Assembly: GCA_024679065.1 (NCBI GenBank)
Contig: JAGIQG010000003.1
Location: 121,148,001 to 121,212,000, forward strand
Direction: 5' to 3'
Length of the DNA: 64,000 nt
From: Sphyrna mokarran
Taxonomy: Eukaryota
The position numbers and the translations under genes are program-made. This document shows positions 41,401 to 50,400 of this stretch, one piece after another; the first letter of the stretch is position 1, and each line of letters begins with the position of its first letter. Below the pieces are notes generated by a model. That model had not been told where the DNA came from and did not search any database. It saw only the letters and a program-made list of their open reading frames with translations.

Positions 41401-44400
41401 TTACAGCAATTTCAAAGTTTTGTTAACAGTTATTTAGTAAATAGGGGTAGCACGTGATATAGTGATTAGCACTGCTGCCTCACAGCACCAGGGACCTGGG
41501 TTCAATTCCAGCTCTGGGTGAAGTTTGCACATTCTTCCTGTGTCTGTGTGGGTTTCCGCTATGTACTCTGGTTTCCTCTCACAACCCAAATCTCTGCAGA
41601 TTAGGTGGACTGACCATGCTAAATTGCCCCTTAGTGTCTCAAGATGTGCAGGCTAAGGGGATTAGTGGAATAAACGTATGGAGTTACAGGAATAGGATGG
41701 GGTGGGCTCGGGAAAGGTGCTCTGTTGTAAAGTCAGTGCAGATATGATGACTTAATGGCCTCTTTCTGCACTGTAGAGATTCTATGATCTGCTCTCAATC
41801 TTTCAATATAGATACCTTACAATTTTTCAGCTAGCATGAAACATCCAAGACCAATATCACATAGCAGGCTTACACTTTACGAACTGCTTAAAACAGATCC
41901 ATGTGTAAGGAATTTTAACAGAAGGCTGGCTACATTACTGATTCAATAAAGTTTGACAACACCAATTTTAAATCCAATCGATTTATTTGATAGTAAATCA
42001 GCAAGCTTTCGGCCTTTGTGGCCTTTGTCAGCCTCATTCGCCTGACGAAGGCCACAAAGGCCGAAAGCTCGCTGATTTACTATCAAATAAATCGGTTGGA
42101 TTTAAAATTGGTGTTGTCAAACTTTACTGAGTTTAACCCAGTCCAACGCCAGCATCTCTACATAACATTACTGACTCACATTCTAGCCAGATCAGAAATA
42201 ATTAATTCTATGTTGAAGCCCTCCTTCCCCTCCAACAATTTTCCTTTTTGCCATAAACTATGTCATAGCTTAATGCTCAGTCTTGTTTAGAACACCCTTT
42301 TATTGCCTGCCTAGGAGTTCTAAGCCATGAAATTTAAGTATTAGTGTCACAAATTATATTAACACTGCATTTAAGTGACTGTGAAAATCCTCTATTCGCC
42401 AAACCCCAGTTCCTGTTCGGATACACTGAGGGAGAATTTAGCATGGCCAATACACCTAATAACATATCTTTCAGACTGGGGGAGGAAGCCAGAGCACCCG
42501 GAGGAAACATATGCAGACATAGGACGAATGTGCAAACTCCACACTGACAGTCACTTGAAACCGGGAATCGAGTGGGGGACCCTGACACTGTGAGGAAACA
42601 GTGCGAACCACTGTGCCATCCTCAGATGATGAATGATTTGAATCTCACAACTGTGTTTAAACAATAATGCAAAGTGTAGAATATCTCATATATAGTACCT
42701 TGTTTATACAAGAAGGAAATGATGCTAATTCTTACCTTGTTTTTTCCCATCTGCAGAAACTTCGAGATTGATATAAGCACAGGCAAGGCCCGAAGATGGA
42801 GAACTGATAGTTGAGGCTCCTTTCACAAGAGTCAAATCCAGATTTGAACCCTTCAACTATCCCCAAGAGAAGAATAAAGGTCATTTGATTTGACTTCTCG
42901 CACAATTTTTCCCAACAATCACTTCCTTTTAAATGAGCAGATTGTTAGAAACCAAATTTCCAAGAAGAAAAATGTTCATTACAAACACAAAATTTAAAGA
43001 ACTGTTTTAATCCTCCTTCCAGAACAAAAAAATAGCTGCTTGTATATATTTGGCAGATCCACAACCAGGCTGATTCAAAGTTTGCAGCCATTGATAAAGC
43101 AAATGAATTTTTCTAGGAAGAATTAAGACTTATCCCTTTCAGTCACTTCACAAGAATGGCCTAGAAAAGGAGACGTGACAAATTATAATTTTCTTTCTCC
43201 CCAGTTTCTCACAAATAAAACTCACATTATACAACATTTAAAATGCTTTACTTTTTCCACACTATCATCAACAATTCATATAGATTTTGGCTGCTTGGTC
43301 AACTGTGTAATATAGCTCATTCTCGAGAAGGGACTCTTCTCACCCTCAACAGGTTCTTTAAATAAATTGTAATTCACCTTACTAAAAATTATAAAAACTC
43401 TATATTTAATAATTACAAAGAAATCTATTAACAATACAAATCTTCACTTTGTACATACGGTACGTATACAGTAATATGATGTGCACGGTTAGTCTTCAAT
43501 AAGAAAACCAGTTAGCCTAACCTTACTGAGGTAAAGACCAAAAAAAGACATTCTGGAATAAATTAAGCAGCTATCTATTCCTTATATCAAATATAACCAC
43601 ATACATCTAAAATTTGTGCAAGACAGGAATAAAGGTTCGAGGCTTTACCTGTGTTTTTTCCTGTATTATCACTCCTGCAGAAACTGGTACTGGGTAGGGC
43701 TTCAAAGAGGTTTTTATTGTTCCCAAGATAAAGTCAATGTGGTTCTGAATTACATTGTCCAAATACTCTCCTGTTGGCTGGCAGCTGTAAAACACAGTGA
43801 TCTCATCTGAGGGCACCAGATGGGCCTGTAAATATAAATTTTATAAAATCTCATGTCATCATTCCTGGACCAAGTCTGTTATTGAGAACACTGACAAAAT
43901 GTACTAGTTGATTACCAATGTGCTGCACTGTGAAATGGTGGTACTTGTGAAGCATCTAAAATCATACGCTGCTGAGATACGTGAAATACACTGACTGTGT
44001 GATCTGTAATTGAGCAAATGGTGCGCATGATGGAGAAATAATCTTTTTTGAAAAGTAAAAAGAGGATTAAATAAATATGGATTCTAAAATATAATGAAGA
44101 GATACAGCATACTTGCACATTAGAAAAATTTATCATTTTCAGATATCAATATTTAACTGGGCAGAATTTTATACTGAACAATTAATTTAAACTTGCTGTC
44201 TTAGAAACAAAATATCAAGTAGCAACAAGCGATGTCATTGTGCAAGTTTTTTTTAAAAATCAGGATATTGTGAGAATTATCATACATCTTGCTCTCATTT
44301 TGGGTGAATATTGATCATTTCTGATCAATAAAGCTACCATATGATCATTAACATGCTGAGGAAGGCTTCAGGAGGTATATATTGTCACTCTAATTGAATG

Positions 44401-47400
44401 CAACAACTGGGTATTTTGGAAAGAGTAATGTAAAAAGGATCAGATATATTCAGATAAAATTGAGACAGGAAGAAAGTCTCAGAATTTGTATTTCTTGAAA
44501 ACTCCACTTCCTGAATTAGAACACTAGTTTTTGTCTTCTGAATAGTCAATAAATAGAGATATTTTAATTAAAAAATCCAAACCAAAAAGGTAAACCATTA
44601 AAGTTGCATTGTGGCATGTAACCATTAATAGTAAGCAAATGTCAATAATCAATAGTACAGTATGAAATATAAACATATTGATTCTGGAAAGTAATAGGCC
44701 ATTTAATATATTGGGCTTTAGAAGTAGAGCTGCCAAAAACTTGTAAATAGGATCCAAGTGAGCAAACCCATATAACTATTGCATTCAAAATGCAGCAATA
44801 TGCATGATTGTATAATCCACTTTAAAGCAAAAACTGCCTTCAAGATAACTGGACCACGTGGAGATTTCACAGAATGTGCTATCTAGCCCAAATTTTGACA
44901 AATGTGAGCAAATGGAAGTTACTTTAATCAGCTTAGACACCAATCATTTTCTGCCCTGCAGGAAGAAATAAAAATGCACTGACAGAAAACATCCAGTGAA
45001 TACAAGTTGATGTTGGCAGGTTAATAACTTCTCTAGTTTTCACTCTTAACAAAAAGCTGTAAAAACAATAAGGTAAAACCTATTTAAGTAAAGCTGTAAA
45101 ATTCCCCAACATTCAAGAGCATTTCTTTAAAGCTACATTTCAAGAATGCTAATCAGTTCACTTTGTAAGCTAGTTTATAAACTAATGAGAAACAAAAGTA
45201 AGCATGCACCAATTAAATACGACTTTGGGCGAAAATAATGAAACTACTGAAAATAATTATATACCAGCTAACTTTCTGGAATGGGTTATGAAAGAGTGAA
45301 GCATTTTCTGTGACAAATTATTTATTTCAACCTCATTGCAGATTGTGATATTCTTTAATATGTACAAACCATGGAATTATTTACCATTGTCAAATGTATA
45401 TATTCAGGTTGAGAATATACAGGTAGAAGGTATTCATTAGATGATTACTTGAGCACGTAAGGAGAGATACTTACTGACAGATACTGAGTTGTCAAGTTAG
45501 GAATTATACATTTGCAATGTTTCATTTTGTAAATCAACCTACAACTGAGTAAAGATCGGCTTCTGATCTCCTCCTTTACTAATTGGGTTTCAGAACTTTA
45601 ACAACTGCTTTCTTTTTTTTTAAATCAAAAAAATACCTAAGAAATATAAACAGGGGCCCTGGAATCTGTCTGTTATTCAATAAGAGCATAGTTGTACTCT
45701 GACATGAACTCCCCTGTCCCACTCTATCCCCATATCTCTGATTTTCTTCAACTTGTAACAATCTATCATTTCAGTCTTGAATATACTGAACAACTAAACA
45801 ACACTGCCTTCTGGGGTGAAGAATTCCAATTGTCAATTGTGGGGGAGTCAGGGGAGATGACATAATCTCTGGTATGTCAAGCAGGTATGATGTACTCTTC
45901 TGTTGAAATTTGTTAAATCAATACCCGTAGCTGCAATTGTCTCAATAACAGAAAATTGTTTACTGTCAATATGGTTTAAGAGTTCAACCTTAAAGCTCTC
46001 CCCATGAGTCATCTAATTAAGTTGACAACTAGTTTTTTTTAAGTTTATTTATTAGTGTCACAAATAGGCTTACATTAACACTGCAATGAAGTTACTGTGA
46101 AAATCACCTAGTTGCCACACTTCGGCGCCTGTTCAGGTACATTGAGGAGAATATTTTAGCATGACCAATGCACCTAACCAGCACATTTTTCAGACTGGGA
46201 GGAAACAGGAACAGCTGGCATAAAACTATACAGAAACAGGGAGAACTCACAGACACTGCACAGACAGTGACCCAAGCCAGGAATTGAACCCAGGTCCCTG
46301 ATGCTGTAAGGCAGTAGTGTTAATCACTGTGTTACTGTACTGCCCACTCCTAAGGCAATCAGACAAGTTGCCAGTTCAAAACTCTATGCTCTATAAGCAG
46401 TGAGTGAAAATTAAAGTTGCTTTCAGTGGCTCGAGATTAAGTGGAGTTTGGGAATGGGAGAAAAATGTCAGCCTGGGCTCACTATCAATCCCTCAAGTTT
46501 GCTAGGTGGGCACAGGATTGGACTCTGTCATTGTGTGGTGCTGCCACAATCCAATAGTCTGCCAACATTAACTGGTTTGGCTCAAGTAGGATGCGTAGTG
46601 AGATTCTGACAGGTATCATATGCTCATGGTATTGCACTGCAGCAAATAATCTATGCTTTCTAAACAAAAACAGAAAGAAGAAAGAAGAAGAAAGGGGAGA
46701 CAAAAAATAACTTACCTTCTTTCGAAGCTTCTGGATACGATTTATAACCTCTCGTGCAACTCCTTCATCCACCATTGACTGGTCAGGTGTAACATCTAAA
46801 AGAACTAAAGCCTAAAAGAAAACAAAAAACTTTTTAGTACGATAACAAAGTCTGCACATAATTACAAAGGCAAGTCTTCAATAATTAAGGTGTCTATAAA
46901 TAAACACGCAAAGAACAAAAGAAAGAAATACCACAAATGCTGAAAATCCGAAATAAAAACAGATCTGTAACATCAACGAAGATAGAAAAAGAGTTAACAT
47001 TTCAAGTCAATGATCTTTCATCAGTACTGAAAAAAATTAGAGATGTAAATGAGTTTAAGTAAATACAGAAGCAAGGAAATTTGATGGGATTTTGATTTAT
47101 CATTGTCACATGTATCAACATTCAGTGAAAACTATTGTTTCTTGTGCGCTGCACAGACAAAGTTCATAGAGAAGGAAACAAGAGTGCAGAATGTAATGTT
47201 ACTGTCACAGCTAGGATATAGTGAAAGATCAACTTAATGAGGTGGGGTGAGGGAAGGAGGACAACAAAACAGAAGGTCTGTGATGAATGGGGAGGGGGAA
47301 AGCAAGAGAAATTAAATGTCAGAAAAAAAAGGAAATGATAATGTACAAAAAGAAAATGAAAGAATAGGTCTAGAAGAGGTGTATAAAGAAAATGAAATAG

Positions 47401-50400
47401 GTCTAAAAGAGGTGTATAAAGATGTGCAAAGTCCATCAACCGAAACATTAATACCGTTTCTCCACATATACCAACAGGCTTGCTAGAAAACAGGAAAAAA
47501 TTCCTATTCTTATTGTGTAAGGAACAATGTTTGCATCACATAATATTAAGTGACAGAGTTAGTATAGTTTCAAAATATCAATTGGTTAAAGAACAAATGT
47601 TAGCAAGGACATTGGGAGAGTTTCCTTTGAATAATGCCACAGACTGGAGAAGCTGGGATTCCCCATAGAGAGAAGGCCACAAGGTTGTTTTGATTTAGGT
47701 ATTTAAAATCATGAAGGGTTTATACAGAATAAATAAAGAGGACCTATTCTCAACAACTGAAGGGGTGATTATTTGCAGGCACAGATATAAACCGATAGGC
47801 GAAAGCATCAAAGGCAACATGAAGGAAAACATTTTATACAACAAATGGTTAGTATTTGGAATACAGTGGTTGATAGATGGTAGATACGGATTCAATAGTT
47901 GCCTTCAAAAGGAAATTGAATAAATACTTGAATTAAAAGCTGCAAGAGTATGAGGAAAAGTGGGGAGTGAGACTAACACAGATGCGTTAGACAAATGGAC
48001 TCCTGAGCTCTATTAAGCTCTAATCCTATGAACCATGGCCTAACAATATTTAGCATCTTTAATAACAATGATTTGCATTTACACCGCACCTTCATGATAA
48101 AACTACAAGTCTGAAGGCACTTCACTGAGCATAAATCGAGAAAAATGGAAGCTATTCTGAAGAAAGAAACTGCAATTTATAAGTATGTTTCATGAATTCA
48201 AAATGTCAATTAATTTCTTTTAGATTGTAGTGACTGTTGCAATGTAGCAAATGCAGCAACCAATTTGCATACAAGGTTCCATAAAATTGGACTCACTGTT
48301 TTAAATTTATCTTGGTTGAGGGATAGATATTTGGCAGTAAAAGGCTTAAAGCTTGATCAAAAGAGAGAGGTAGGCAGACAATGGGTCTTTTAAAGGAAGA
48401 AATAGAATGAGTGGGGCCTAAATGACTAATGACACGAATACCAATGGTGGGCATAGGGACAGAGGCACAAGGAAAGAAAATGAAGATGAGAAAATGGACA
48501 AAAAAAACATTAGAACAAGTCATATTTTGGCTGGGATTTTCCGCTCCTGATCACATCAGGCAGGTTCTTGTGAGATTACAGTGAGATCTACAAAGTCGCA
48601 TTTTATGTCAACGTAAACATGAGAAGACCCCTTCAGTGTCCAGGTGAGTTTTTCCCTACGCTCACTGCTGGGAATATCATTTGAATATATCAGCATAAAA
48701 TTATCAGGTCCCTACACCTAAATTATTCCCCTCCGAACCCTTCAGGCAATCCATCCACATCGACATGACAGCAAAACCATGTGAATTACTCTTCTCCTAA
48801 ACCACGTACTAGTGAGCACACCTCCCAGAGGAGCTCACGCGAGTTCAGCAGTCTGGGTGGAGGCAATGCACCCTGATAGCGTTTGCCCAGGCAATACTGG
48901 TGGTCAGCGCCCGGGGCTGTAAGGATGAACCCCTTTGCTTCTTTGCTCGGGGTGACCTTTGAAAATGGTGCCTTGATTCACAACTGACTAACTTGCTGGC
49001 CGAGCAGATGAATCAGAGGCTGTCCCACCAGCAATATGCTTTCGGACCTTCTGTTTGAAGATTTTTTTCCTAAAATCCTGGACCATATGTCAGAGAAAGT
49101 AAGCAGCTATAAGCAGCTTCAATGCCGTTTTTCCTGCGCAAAAGCAGTCTTTGCTGATTTCTGAGAAAGTCTCACCGTTTGAGGGCATCCCCACAAACTA
49201 ACTGTAGAAAAAAGTAGATTTCCAGTCGCAATGGTAATAAACAAAATATATCAGAGCCAATCAAAACAAAAACACAAAATGCTGGAATACTCAGCAGGCT
49301 GGACAGCAGATGTACAGAGAGAAGCAGAGTTAATGTTTCAGGTCAATGACCTTCATCAGAAGGGCAGTAAAGATAGGCCCAAGACATACCCCAGTTAGTG
49401 CATTTAACGTGATTGAATTGCATATTAACATTTAAAAGTGTAAAGGAGCAGAATTGAAATGGCTGTATTGACAAAAACTGTTGGGATATTCCTAGTTACC
49501 AGCTATTTTCACACGCATTAATTATATACACAAAAATACAATTTACTAAAATGTACTAGACGTGATGAGGCATGTCAACATAGTGGTTATGTTACTGGAC
49601 CAGTAATTACGAGGCTTAAAGACACCGGTTCAAATCTCACTACAGCAGCAGAGAAATTTAAATTCAATTAATTAAATTATAATTTAATTGAATTTATAAT
49701 GTAATATAATTCATATAATTGGACAGCGTGATAAAAAGATAAGGGAGCAGAATTAAAACAACTAAAGTGACAAAACTGCTCAAAATTCTGGACAACCAGC
49801 AACATTTTCACTCATATTAATTATACAAACTACATTTTTTTAAAAAAGAGTTGGTACTGATAACTAAATTAACCCAGAATAAAAAGTTAGCATCAATAGT
49901 GGTGACATGGAACTATTGGACCATTGTTAAACATCTATCACCAATGTCCTTCAGGGAAAGAAATCTGCTTCCTTACCTGGTGTGACATAAATACACCTCC
50001 AGAGCCACAGCTGTGAGAATGACTCTGAAATGGCCTAATAAATTGTCTCAAGGACAATTGAGGAATAACAAATAAGTTAGGGATGCACTAATTATTCTTT
50101 TACGAGCATTCATTTCAGAAACATGTGGAATAGTAAGCCAAGTGAAACAATTTTCTATGTTGCTTTTTAACACTTCTACATTAATACAATGTCACTACTA
50201 TGTTGTAATTTTATTGTCAGATTAACTAATAACTGCAAATATTTTCCTTTTGCAACTGTATGTTATTCCCCTGTGCATTTAATTAATGAACACTTACTTG
50301 AGCATCAGAATGGGCTTCATACTGAGCACTTATTCCTGTACTTGGGTCGAACGTATACAGAAGTCGCAAGTCTTCCTCATGGAGTTCATGTCCTTCGACA

